The notes below the pieces were generated by a model, which saw only the letters and a list, made by a program, of their open reading frames with translations, did no database searches and had not been told where the DNA came from. Made by a program: the position numbers and the translations under genes. A DNA stretch of 63,207 nucleotides, filler included, from Saprolegnia diclina VS20 (taxonomy: Eukaryota), in the NCBI RefSeq assembly GCF_000281045.1. It is 8 parts of 3 records of this genome, joined end to end, with 100 filler letters (N's around TTAATTAATTAA, not from the genome) between each part and the next. Parts side by side here need not be neighbours in the genome. Positions count along the whole stretch, not along the records: positions 20,965 to 43,355 come from NW_008246083.1; positions 43,456 to 54,974 come from NW_008246084.1; 6 more parts are not named here. One strand, given 5' to 3'. Of the stretch, positions 33,625 through 45,573 are shown in pieces. Position 1 is the first letter of the stretch. The number at the start of each line of letters is the position of its first letter.

Positions 33625-35192
33625 CTACGGCGTGGCTTGGCCCCACGACGCATAGTCGGCGCGCTCGCTGGCCTTGTACTCGTCAATCATGTTGGTGACC
33701 ACCTCGCGCGCGTTGTCAAACTCCTCGAGGCCCTCGGCGAACATGGGCTGCTTGCGGTACTGGTCAATGAACGCGTTGTGCTTCCGGAGGCGGTCGTAGT
33801 GCACGACGGACCGGTGGAAGAGGTTGCCAATGCTCGTGTGGTTGGCGAGCATGAGGCCGTTCACTTTGTGCGCCGACTCGACGTACGGCGACTTGCGCGA
33901 GAGCGCAACTTGGATGCTGGCCGGTCCCCACGGGATAAACTTGGCGAGCTTGCGCTCACGGATGCGCTGGAGCGACTTGTGTACCTGCGTCGGGTCGACG
34001 TCGCCTTGGATGATGTTCAAGATGGAAATGTAGCATCCGTTCTTGGTGGACGTCGAGACCATGATGTTTTTTGGCTAGTGCATGCCAGAGATGAGAGAAT
34101 GCGAGTCGGATCCAAGAGACCTGGAGAAGGCGTCGCATGACATCGAGCACCGTCGTCTTGCGCACGGCGCTGACCTATATGCACAGTTGGTATGCCTCGA
34201 CGGAAGACGACGAGAGGGTGTACTTGGGCGTCAATGGTCAGCGGCGTGTACCCCGTCATGAGAAAGTGGCAGCGGGGCGTCGGGATGAGCGACGCAACGA
34301 GACCGATAAGATCGTTGTTCATGTACCCCGGGTAGCGCAGCGTCGTGGTCGACGCGGCCATGACGGTCGAGACGAGCGAGTTGAGCTACGGATACACAGC
34401 ATGAGCAGTCGGCAACCACTTCTTCGGAAGATCGTACCTGGGACACGGTGGGGTTGTCGATACGCAGACGGTCCACCGCGATGCGGTTGAGCGCTGTGTT
34501 GTCGAGGACGACGACGCAGTCTGCGTTCAGGACGAGACGCTTCAACGTCAAGAGCGAGTTGTACGGCTGCACGACGACGTCACTCTGAAAGTCGTCCTAG
34601 CACACCACACGCACGTTAGCATTCCTCGCCATCATCATCAGCATCTTCATGCGGATCGTCGTCCTACTTGGTTGGGAAAGACCGAGTATGTCTGGATGAG
34701 CTTCTTTGGGAAATGGTCGTTGAGGTTCTCGAGCAAGTACGAGCCCATGCCCGAGCCCGTGCCACCCGCAATCGAGTGGCAGAGCACAAAGCCCTCGAGG
34801 CTATCCGAGCCATCGGCCTCGCGGTCAATCATCTCCATGAGCAAGTCGTGGTGGGCCTCGCCTTGGTGGTAGCCCGACGCCCAGTTGTTACCGGCGCCGC
34901 CGCCGTCCTTGGCGATGAACTGGTTCTCGGGGTTGTACAGATTGCGGTAGCTCGAGTTCATGATCGAGTTGATCACGCGCGGCTCGAGGTCCAGCAAGAG
35001 CGCCCGCGGGATGTAGTGCTCGTCGTCGGCCTGGTAGAAGAAGACGTCCTTACGGTCATTGCCGGCCGTCGCGTAGTCCTGGACGATGCCATCTTGGCTG
35101 ATGCCATGCTCCACGCAGAGCTGCTTCCAGAACTCGGACCCGATCTGGTTGCCGCACTGGCCGACCTGGAGCGTGATGATCTCCCGGGGCAT
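33625..35192 (-). CDS. TUBG: Gamma-tubulin
   Basis: [66 protein letters not shown]. Confidence 0.97.
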
Positions 35193-35415
35193 CTTTTCCA
35201 CAAATGCAAGCCATCCGGATACGCATCGGATCTCTGTCTAAAAACACGCTCCTCGCGCAAGGTATCATTTTACAGAGGTTGACAACCTCGCACAACGTAT
35301 GGTTGGCGCCAAAACCAAAAACGATCGGACAGGGCAGAAACAGAGCAACAGCTTGGCCGAGTGATCCATGGCAACGATGTACGATCGAGATGTATCACTT
35401 TTTTTTAAAGTCCTA

Positions 35416-36408
35416 TTAGTCGTAATCGACTAGGTCGAGACCTCGAGTCTCGGGTCGGTCACACAGCAGGTGGCGCCGTCGCACGAGGTCTCGTCGATGA
35501 TTTCGACGGGGAACATTTCAAAGTAGGGCGGCTTGGCTCCTCGGTTGTCGTTGAGGAATTGGAACGAGGCGGTGCACGATAGCCCGTGGCACGCTTCATC
35601 ACGAAGCCCAAGGGGCGTGTCGACACCGCACGGCGCCTTGCTGCAGTACCAAATCGGACTGTAGTCGCCCTTGGTGACACTCTGGCAGACGTGCTCGCCG
35701 TCATCGCAGCCGGGAAAGACGATCGACGGAGCGATCTACGCCAGCATGAGACCAATGCCATGTTGACGCCGGCGTAGTCGACAGGAATGTTGGGCGAACA
35801 AAGACTGTTGCGACTGCCAATGTACACGAGGCCGCAATCGCTAAAGCGGTGGGGACTCACCGCCGCCTGTCATCTGGTATAGTACAACACACACGTGCCT
35901 TCGTACCGCGGCGGCCGCGCACACTTTGAGCGTCTGCGGCGCTGAAAAGAACGACGCGTTGCGCGGCGGCGAGAGGTACAGACTAACGGCGGGGTCGCAC
36001 GCCGCGCAATGGATCGCCTTGAGCGTGACCAGCGCTTCGTTGGGCGCCGCTGCGCAGATCGAACCTAACGCGAGCCTCGCATCCCAAGGCGGCAAAGGGC
36101 CACGTACCGGCAGACAGAATCCCGTAAAACGTGGTCTTGATGTACTCGTCGTGGATTGGAATGCAGCAGCGACCGTTCTTGAACCCCGCGCAGAACGACA
36201 TGATGCCCGAGAGAGGTGTCTAGCATGCAAGTCGACCGCGGGCTCACGTCGCGACGAGACGCACCATCGACACGGGCGCGCCATGAGTGACGGTGCAGCG
36301 ATAGTACGAGTAATCGGTTGGCGGCGCACCCTTGTCAAGCCCTGCCTCCGCGCAAGAAGCGACCCACGCAAGGCCGAGCCAGCGCGCCAGAAACCATCCG
36401 CGCGGCAT
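35416..36408 (-). CDS. Secreted cysteine-rich protein (folate-receptor/Frizzled-like Cys pattern), multi-exon; 3' end approximate
   Basis: Signal-like MPRGWFLARWLGLAWVASCAEA; FC..FKNGRCCIPIHD, IHCAACDP, LKVC, FSDCGL. Confidence 0.5.
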
Positions 36409-37189
36409 CGAGAAAGGACGGCTCTTACGAGTTCGAAACCGCCGCGACTCTTGCACAATTTTCAAGCGCGGTAAAAGACGAAGCTACGTCGACGAGGACG
36501 CTAACGTGTTGCGTTAGGCGCCGCCAGCGTTTAATGCAGTGCACCGTGGGTGGTATCAGCCTTCGTCGTCATTGGAATATTGGAATTGCGACGAATTGAG
36601 GCGCACAATGCATGTACAGGTGAGCAATAGGTGCGCTTCCGAAGGTCCGTTCCGTACATCAAACTAGCACCCATCGACGATGGGTGGGCGTGTGATGGCC
36701 CCTTGCACGCATCTACTGGTCGACGCACCAAGAAGAACCAATGGCCCACGGGTGTTTTGCGTCAGTGTCGCACCAACATCTCCCTCGCCTGCGCGTCGAG
36801 TGACCGCCGATTTCGATCAGCGTCCTACCTCGCGCCCGTCCCGCCCATCGAATCTGTCTCGGCCCACAGCCCAAGTATGCTATACTCGGACGCCTCTTAG
36901 CTCAATCCTCGCACCAAGGTCTGCGTAGCCTGCGCCACCGCATCGCGCGCCATCGCCCTTGTCTATCGTGGCGCCACGTCAGCGTCGCGTGACGCTTAAA
37001 ATCCGGATACAAACAGCCGACGGGTGCGGCCCAACGAAAACGCGTTGCCGCGTCTTCTTTGCCAGTGGGCACGCATCCTTACAAAAACCAAGTGTATTCA
37101 AGGACGAATTAAATCTTTGGCATAAAACCATGCGAAACAAAAGGCGGCTCAAGTGACTTTGCCGGCCACTTAGATCGTTTTATCCGGAC

Positions 37190-37205
37190 GCTCAGTTTGC
37201 ATTTC
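37190..37205 (+). promoter_or_regulatory. Oomycete INR+FPR-like core promoter element
   Basis: GCTCAGTTTGCATTTC matches 14/16 of GCTCATTYYNCAWTTT, just upstream of ATG 37213. Confidence 0.55.
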
Positions 37206-37212
37206 GATTCCG

Positions 37213-38961
37213 ATGGCAACGAAGCGGCCGGCCGATGAGACCGAGAAGCCGCCCGCCCAGAAATGGCGCAAGGTCATGATCGGCGACGTCGAGATCAAGC
37301 TCTTGGAAGAGAAGCCGGTCCACGAGGGCGCGATCCAGCACCTCCCGCTGCCGTCCTCGGACGTCAACGTCTACGTGCAGCCGCCGCCCTGTCTCGTCTT
37401 TTACTCGTTTGAGGAAATGACGTCGTCGCTCGCCACGTATTTCGAGTCGACGCACCAAGAGTTCTCGACGCGCAACTCGGTCTCGATCGAGCGCATCAAC
37501 GGCACGCGCAAGCTCAAGGAGAAGTTCCCAGAGAACGACCCGCGCTTCGTCTACTCGTCGATTACGTACTTTTGCAAGCACGGCCGCGCGCAGAAGCGCC
37601 GCAACAACCCAGCGCTGGAGGAGACGGGTAAAGGTCGCAAGGTCAAGTTCAACTACTCGGGCTGCCAAGCGTCGCTCTGGGTGAGCCTTGTCCAAATGCT
37701 CGTGCGCGGCCGGCCACAATGGGTGTACTACGCCCACAAGATGGTCAACTGCCACAACCACACGCTCGAGCAAGAGTCGCTCCAGGACATTGCCTCGGTC
37801 AAGCCGTTTTACCGCCACTTGCGCGCGGTCATTGAAGCCAAAGAAGACGGCGCGACGACGCAGGAGATTGCAAAGCTCCTCGAGCTAAAAGAGCCCGGTA
37901 CGACGCTGCTTCTAGTGAAGCGTTGGCTAAGGGAATGCACCTCTAGGCAAGAAGGTGACGGCCCAAGTCGTACGGAATCTCATGCGCAGCACCATGTACG
38001 CCAAGGAGAAGGAGCGCAGCGGCCGCACCGTACCGTCCATGGGGCAAGTCCAGGCGTGGAACCCGCTCGCGCAGGTATGTTGCTTCTTATTTTCTTATTT
38101 TCGTAGTTTCTTATCCTACGACCTTAGCGCAAAGTGCCGGTCGTACTCTCGCTGCCATTTCACCGCCTCTTTTACACCATGGTCAAGTACAGCACGGAGC
38201 TGCGCCTCGACCCGTCGCGCGTCTTCTTCTTGAACCAGTCGTCGATCTCGTCCGTGCTCTGCCGACAATGGAAGAACGTGGCGACCGACACGTCGACGCA
38301 GGTCCAGACGACTCTGCACACGACGATCCTCACGGTGGTTGACGCGGCGGGCACGGGCCTCCCGCCGTTCTGCATCCTCCCACGCACCGAGACGGAGCGA
38401 CCGGTCATGGCACAGCGGTCGGTCTCGACCGTCAACGGCGCGATGACCCCGAGCGCCCTCGAGCTCTGGATGATGTACTTTGACAGCGCGATCCATTGGA
38501 ATGTTCAGCGGCCCGTCGTGCTCATCGTCGATCAGGTCGCGCGGTCGCATGCGCTCACCCAGATCTGCTTCCGCCTCGGCATCATCCTCGTCGCCTGGAA
38601 AGAGCTCTACCTTGAGAACGAAAGTGACGTCATCTTGCCCGTGCGGCTCTCGGTGTTTCGACCGTTTGAAGTCGCACTCGCCGCGCACCTCTCGGAGGTG
38701 CTCCCGAACCTCTCGACGTCGCGCGTCATGTCGAGTGACATCTTGGACATTGCCACCGACGTGTACAAACAGAGCCTCGCGAATGTCGGTACGGACGTGG
38801 CCGTCGCTGCCATCAAGACCACGGGGCTGTACCCACCGTCGCTGCCGCTCTTGAGTGCGCCGCAGACGGCGCCGGCGACCAACAAGTCGGTGCTGTACGT
38901 CGAAGAGAAGCGCACCGCGTCGATCACGATTCAGTCAGGCTCGACCCGGCCGCGCGCATAA
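37213..38961 (+). CDS. Domesticated transposase-derived protein: FAR1/WRKY-like Zn domain plus degenerate pogo/DDE_1 domain
   Basis: YFCKHG...GCQASL...NCHNH; GATTQEIAKLL..GKKVTAQVVRNL; RVFFLNQS, HTTILTVVDAAGTGLPPFCILP, QRPVVLIVD, ILPVRLSVFRPF; two GT-AG introns at about 37898-37946 and 38074-38127. Confidence 0.75.
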
Positions 38962-39175
38962 CACATTTTGTAGCGTTAGGAATTAGAAATAAAAAACACA
39001 AAAGTTGGATAACTGCGCAACTCGGTACATTGATACAAACGCCATTGAACTCAGCGCTTCTTGGTCGTCGAGGGTGCGATCGCGTCGACGTACTTGGACC
39101 ACACGTAATTGGACGCTTCGTCCTTCCCGAGAAGGCTTTGTGCCTACGCAAGAGTGTCATTATCAGACGCAGTTC

Positions 39176-40502
39176 TTATAGGTGATGGTGGTGTACGTGG
39201 CGCTTGGCGTCGATCTTCCGGGCGTCGTCGAGCCGCAAGAGCTCGTGCTGCAGCTTTTGCATCTCGCGCTGGAAAAGGATGCTCTTGTCGCGCTCGCGGT
39301 CGATCGCATCGTTGGCCAGTGCGACGCGCTGTTCGAGCGCCTCTCGCTCCGACGTCCACTGACTTAGGCGCAGTGCCTCGGTGCGCGCCAGTGCCTCGAC
39401 CTGCGCTTGGTACTGCTGCACGCGGTCCCGTAGCGTCTCGGCGTCTACAACAGAGCGTCTGATATAGCTATAGAGACGCAGATACCTTGGGTCGCATCAA
39501 AGAGAGTCATTTTGAGCTGCGATATCCGCGCGTCGCGCCGCCCGAGACGATCGCCCATGTCTTTCTGAAGGCGCGCCAGCATCGTTTTGGTTTCTTGCAG
39601 CTGGTCGTACGCGACCGCCTTCTCGTGCCGCGACGCTGCTTCCATCTGCGCTCGTAATTTTTCGCATCGAGGGTCATGACAAGATGTGTACATCAGCGAA
39701 AGTGTCGCGTGCTTGCTCGTGGACTGTGATCTGCGCCAGCGCGACTTGGAGCTTGGACGATACGTCGCGCACGTGACGCTCCAAGCGCTTTGTGAGTTTG
39801 GCGTCTTGCTCCTTGCGCGCCGAGAGCACTGCGTTGGCCTTTGCGAGCGTGTCGTTTTCTTCGCGGAGTTTCGTCACCTCGAGGTGAAGCCGGCCGATCT
39901 AGGATGCTCGCATGTAACCATCTACGTAGATTGCCATGCGTACCTCAGTCTCCTTGGCAAGGACGACGCGCGTGTGCTCGGCCAAACGGCTTTCTAAATC
40001 CTAGCGCAGCGTGCAATCTACAGATCGGCAGCGATCGCACCTCGATCGTGTCCATGGCGGTCGTCAACGCGCGCGTTTTGCGCTCGATTTCAGCTGTTGT
40101 GGACTCGAGGTTGGCCGCGAGCTCGCCCATCGTGCGCGCCTCGAGCGACGTCACCCGGCCTCGCTGCGTGAGCTACACAACCGTTGTACCACAGGCGAAG
40201 AAGTGTCGTTACCTCGTGGCGCAGGCGACGAATCTCGGCAGTAAGCTGCTGCACAAGGTCGTCGTCGTCCTCTTCATTGTGGCGCGAGGTCCGAGCGCGG
40301 GAGCGGCTAACGCCGTCCATCTCACTTCTCATGAGCGTCGGTCGACGCTCCTTGAGGCTCGAGACGGCTTCGTGTAGCGCACGCTCATACGCCAGGTTCT
40401 CTCTCTACGTATACACAGCACCGCGTCACGCTACCTGAACTTAAGCTGCTTGAGCGCACGAACCTGAAGCGCGGAGAGGTCGTCGAGCGAGAGCGACGCC
40501 AT
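39176..40502 (-). CDS. Hypothetical coiled-coil protein, multi-exon
   Basis: Series of heptad-rich exons (LVQQLTAEIRRLRHE, KLREENDTLAKAN, REMQKLQHELLRL). Confidence 0.6.
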
Positions 40503-40943
40503 GCCACTCGAAGATCGCGTCCGGATGCGAGCGAAACGGCCCCATGACGTGGCGCGCGGTGCGTGGAGGAATGCCACAACTTGTCCACAAAGAGCAATGT
40601 CCACAAGAGCGTCAGCGCTTGTGTCCACCACGGGATGTCCACCACGGGATGGATCTCTCCGTACGCAGCTCACTCCCAACGACCAAGTGCTGGTGCCAAC
40701 TCCCACGCATGCAGGCGTAGCGCTACGTATGTGGAGTCTTTGTGTTATAATGAAGACAACGCGGAACACGTTCATATATACACAAGAGCGTCCGCGTCGT
40801 AGTATGACATTCTAACGTTACAGTCCAGCAGCATCACACTACTAGCAGACTGCATTTGGGATTGACAGAGAGCTCAGCACAGACTTATACACAAATCGAT
40901 TGACATCTATATATATAGTATGATGGCTAGCTACAATAACTGC

Positions 40944-41794
40944 TTACACGTGAACCACGGACATCGGCTCGTCCATGTCAAGCCACAAACAGGCGGGCAT
41001 GTAGTTCAGCGGCGAGTCGATGTCGTCCACCATGGTCTCGGGCGACGAGGCGTCGTCTTCGGCCTCCGCCACGGCCGTCGCCGGCAAGCGCTGGGTAATC
41101 TGGTACATCAGATGCATGTCCGACACCGCAGAGGTCGAGGGGTCGAGCGTCGGCGCAATGGGAGCCGCGTGCCACTCCGACTCGATGTCTTCCGTCTCGG
41201 CGGTTGGCGCCTCGCACGGCGTGAACAGCATCGTCAACAAGTCGCCGCCACTGAGGTCGATACTCAAAAAGCTGAGGTCAAGAAGATCGTCGTCGTCCAG
41301 CGGCGGCAGCTCGGTCGCCGTCTCCAGTTCCTCCTCGGTGGGGCAGCAGCGGGGCGTCGAGTTGCGCGCGGTCGTCAGGCCCTTCTTCTGCATGCGTTCC
41401 CAGCGGGTCTGGCACTGGCGATACCTAAAGAGAGAGGTGAGTCGTTCTGTTGTCGACGGACGGAATAGCGTACGAGCGCGTCTCGACAATGCGGGCGACC
41501 GTGGTCCACTTGGTCGTGAGAGTCATGGCGTGGCGAAGTTTCTCGTCTTCTTCGAGCGTCCATGGTCCCTTTTTGTTGGAGGTGAACTCGGAATGCCACT
41601 TCTGTCGGCAGTCTTCAGCGCTGTGGCGAAGAAAGGCGAGCTGGACCTCCTTCCACGTCGTGAGCTTGGGGTTCACAAGCTTGAGTTGCGCAAGCTACGC
41701 AGCAGGGAGAAGGTGAGGCGACTGGACATGGCGCAGTACAAGCACGGACCTCGTCTTTCGTCCACTTGGTCTTGGGCTTGCTCATGGCGATCAT
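40944..41794 (-). CDS. Myb-domain transcription factor (two repeats), copy 1
   Basis: KWTKDE...WKEVQ...CRQKW, KKGPWTLEEDEKLRHA..KWTTVARIV..QCQTRW; acidic C-terminus; spliced. Confidence 0.85.
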
Positions 41795-42893
41795 TGTCGT
41801 AGTTGGCTTGAAATTGAAAAATGAGGTGAACAATTCGATCAAATAAGCGCCGGATATGAAGCGGTATCCGGCGAATGCACCCAGCTGGGCGCAATCCAGT
41901 CGCAGATGGTGCTTGGCAGTGGTCTAAAAGCTTGAAGTACGGAGTACAATCAATGTGTCAACTCGATCGGATGTGGCATCGGCAAACGTCTGCAGGCGTA
42001 CCTCGCACTCACTAGATAGCCCTATCGTGTATAATGTACTACCTCCGATCAACAAAGATCGTAGTATAGATTTAATAATACCCAATTGCACAGCGATGCG
42101 CTCATACGTCGGATAATCCAAAGCTTTACGTACTTAATTTAATGTCAGCGAATCACTCAAACATTATGTATCAACTAGAAAGACTTGACGTCAGAAGATG
42201 TGGCAACTGCTGTGCAATTGGGTGCGTGGCCCACGACTAGGGATACTATCAATATATTTATGGATGTCTCAAGTGTAGAGTGATCTCAATTGTGGCGCTG
42301 TGCCAACGCCTGCAGGCATGCCTCGTACTCAATAGATAGTCCTTCCGCGCATAATCGACAAAGACAATCTGCCGAATTAACAATCGGATGCCACGGCCCC
42401 ACAAGCCCTGCCAGGATAGGTTCCACACTACCCTGGGAGGTTTGGTGGCGAGACATCCATAAATATATTGATAGTATACCTAGTCGTGGGCCACGCACCC
42501 AATTGCACAGCAGTTGCCACATCTTCTGACGTCAAGTCTTTCTAGTTGATACATAATGTTTGAGTGATTCGCTGACATTAAATTAAGTACGTAAAGCTTT
42601 GGATTATCCGACGTATGAGCGCATCGCTGTGCAATTGGGTATTATTAAATCTATACTACGATCTTTGTTGATCGGAGGTAGTACATTATACACGATAGGG
42701 CTATCTAGTGAGTGCGAGGTACGCCTGCAGACGTTTGCCGATGCCACATCCGATCGAGTTGACACATTGATTGTACTCCGTACTTCAAGCTTTTAGACCA
42801 CTGCCAAGCACCATCTGCGACTGGATTGCGCCCAGCTGGGTGCATTCGCCGGATACCGCTTCATATCCGGCGCTTATTTGATCGAATTGTTCA

Positions 42894-42909
42894 CCTCATT
42901 TTTCAATTT
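42894..42909 (+). promoter_or_regulatory. Oomycete INR+FPR core promoter (mirror copy at 41811-41826)
   Basis: CCTCATTTTTCAATTT matches 15/16 of GCTCATTYYNCAWTTT, shortly upstream of the Myb ATG. Confidence 0.65.
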
Positions 42910-42925
42910 CAAGCCAACTACGACA

Positions 42926-43355
42926 ATGATCGCCATGAGCAAGCCCAAGACCAAGTGGACGAAAGACGAGGTCCGTGCTTGTACTGCGCCATGTCCAGTC
43001 GCCTCACCTTCTCCCTGCTGCGTAGCTTGCGCAACTCAAGCTTGTGAACCCCAAGCTCACGACGTGGAAGGAGGTCCAGCTCGCCTTTCTTCGCCACAGC
43101 GCTGAAGACTGCCGACAGAAGTGGCATTCCGAGTTCACCTCCAACAAAAAGGGACCATGGACACTCGAAGAAGACGAGAAACTTCGCCACGCCATGACTC
43201 TCACGACCAAGTGGACCACGGTCGCCCGCATTGTCGAGACGCGCTCGTACGCTATTCCGCCCGTCGACAACAGAACGACTCACCTCTCTCTTTAGGTATC
43301 GCCAGTGCCAGACCCGCTGGGAACGCATGCAGAAGAAGGGCCTGACGACCGCGCG
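42926..43355 (+). CDS. Myb-domain transcription factor, copy 2; truncated by gap
   Basis: Inverted, nearly identical copy of 41365-41794. Confidence 0.8.
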
Positions 43356-43760
43356 NNNNNNNNNNNNNNNNNNNNNNNNNNNNNNNNNNNNNNNNNNNNT
43401 TAATTAATTAANNNNNNNNNNNNNNNNNNNNNNNNNNNNNNNNNNNNNNNNNNNNGCAACCGCATTCGCCGAGGGGCGGGCCGTCGGTGCATGCGCCATG
43501 CACTTGGCAGCGAGATCGAGAATCGGGTCTGGACACGTATCGCTGAACTTGGGCTGCATCTTGCCTTGTCACAGTTCAGATGTAGTTAAGCTTGTGGCAC
43601 GTGCTACCATCCTGGTGGGGTAAGCTGGTGGGGTAGCATGCCCGTGCCATAATTGATTATTGCCATCACCCAGAGGCAGAGATGCTATTTTCAGAATGAT
43701 GGTTGTGACCAGCATTCCGTTGGACTCTTGTCGCACTGCAAAGTCCAGTCTCGAACAAGT

Positions 43761-44726
43761 ATGTCGGGTCCGTGGGAGCCGAGCGCGTCGCTGCGGCAGG
43801 ACGTCGACAAGAACCTCGTGCGCGTCCGGAGCAACCTCGAGGCGCATGCAGTTGCTATCCGCTGGGGCCTCGCCGCCGCCATGGTCACTGGCCTTTCTGT
43901 GTGCATGACGGTGCTGACAAGCGTGGTAGGCGGGCGTCGCTTGTCTTCGCGTCCGGTCGAGCCCTGCGGTACGCGCCATATTACTGCTGAAAGATAGTGC
44001 TCGACGTATGTCTAGTGGGCGCGTTATGCGAGTATTGAGGCGTTTCCGCTCTACAAGTCGGTGGTTGTTCGCGTCGTCGGTCCGCCAAGCGCGACGACAC
44101 CGCCCGAGCTCCGCGTTGTCCAGTACCCGTTCCTGCGGCGTCTCTTGGGACGACCGAGAGACCTCCTCAGCTGCCCCCACGACACGGACGTGCTGACGAT
44201 CCGACCCTTTGGCGTCCCCCTGCAGCGCAACGTACGACACTGTATGGCGTCCGATGGATGCTAATGACTTGGTGTCTAGCCGCGCCTGCTCGACAAGCTC
44301 ATTGCAGACCAAGGATTCCTTACAATCGAAATGACGCTGCAGTACCAAGCGCCCGGTGGGCCGACGCGCCGCCGAGGCACGACGGTCGGCCTCTGCACCA
44401 TCGACCTGCCGCAGGTACGCGCTGCAGGTTGGACGAAGACTGCGTTTACGATGGGTCTCGTAGACGTCGTCGCAATCCAAGGTCGTCTTGAGCGGGTTTT
44501 GCCACTTTGAGCTCGAGGCCAGGTTGCCCTATACGACCAAGTGCAAATTGAGCTCACACCATGTGTTGTAGCCACACCATCCGCCCGTCGTCCCCAAATA
44601 GAGTCGCTACGCCGACCGACAACCACTCCCGGCGCCAAGAACGATCCGCGGAAGTGGCGCCACCCGTGCTATAAACTGTGTAATACGTTAGTTCCGACTC
44701 GTTCGAAAAGACGCGGTTGCTGCTGA
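43761..44726 (+). CDS. Hypothetical membrane-anchored protein, multi-exon; end uncertain
   Basis: MSGPWEPS...AIRWGLAAAMVTG hydrophobic segment; further coding-like exons (VVVRVVGPP...LTIRPFGV). Confidence 0.35.
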
Positions 44727-44787
44727 CGGCGGCCGCACGCTGCTGTGCCGACTTCGTCATCGTCGCCCGCCTGTTTATGCCCGTGCA

Positions 44788-44832
44788 CGCTTGCAGGAAC
44801 GTGCCGCGCTTGCAGGAACGTGCCGCGCTTGC
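44788..44832. repeat. 19-bp tandem duplication (about 2.4 copies)
   Basis: CGCTTGCAGGAACGTGCCG twice, then CGCTTGC. Confidence 0.85.
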
Positions 44833-45573
44833 GTGATCACGTCAAGCAGGTTATCCTGCTGCGTCAACAGCGAGTCGCATCCACTCGCCCTGTCTAGCTT
44901 GCCATGAAATAGAGTGCACGCTCACACCATTTCCGTTTCTCAACGCGCTCGAGGCTGCAGGCTCCTGCAGGGCCTGTGTCGACAGTGGAAGACGCATGGC
45001 TGCGTCGCCTGCAAAGTCGAGTTGTCGAGGCCGCGCACGCCTGCGACGCTGAATGACGCGTCGTCAGACCACGGTGTGTGCGGTGTCGCTTCGGACCGTC
45101 AACGCCACGATTGCTATTGCGCTCATTGCGACCGCTCATTGGTCTGCGTAGCATCGGCGTCGGCGTCGGACAATAATGTCGTCGACTGCGCTTGTCGCTG
45201 TCGTGTCGTCGTCATGACGCACTCCGCGCGACGCATGACGTCACGGTGCCGTCGCCGCGGTCGGCCGTCTTGTACTCGGCATCGACTACTAACGTGCAGC
45301 CATGATAGGCCATCGTCGCTAAACAAGCATTGCTACGATGTCTTGAAGCTTGCTTTGCACGCCCAGTGCCTCTTCTTCCTTCTCAGATCGCGAGATCTTA
45401 GTCGACGTCCACGGCGCGCTTCTCGACCCGAAATCGTGTACGGATTATGTCATGGAAATAGTGTACGTTCAACGTCTGCGTGGTATCCGGATGCGTTCTG
45501 TTTTTGGCTCGCATTTTTCTTCACTTTTCAATTTGACCACCCGCCTCCGTTCTTAGAGCCGTCGCCGCTGACC

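Larger units (their letters stand above)
41365..43355. repeat. Long inverted repeat: arms 41365-42270 and 42450-43355 (at least 906 bp), 179-bp spacer
   Basis: Mirror ORFs (41924-42121 minus and 42599-42796 plus) give coordinate sums of 84720; only a few mismatches; right arm ends at a gap. Confidence 0.95.
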
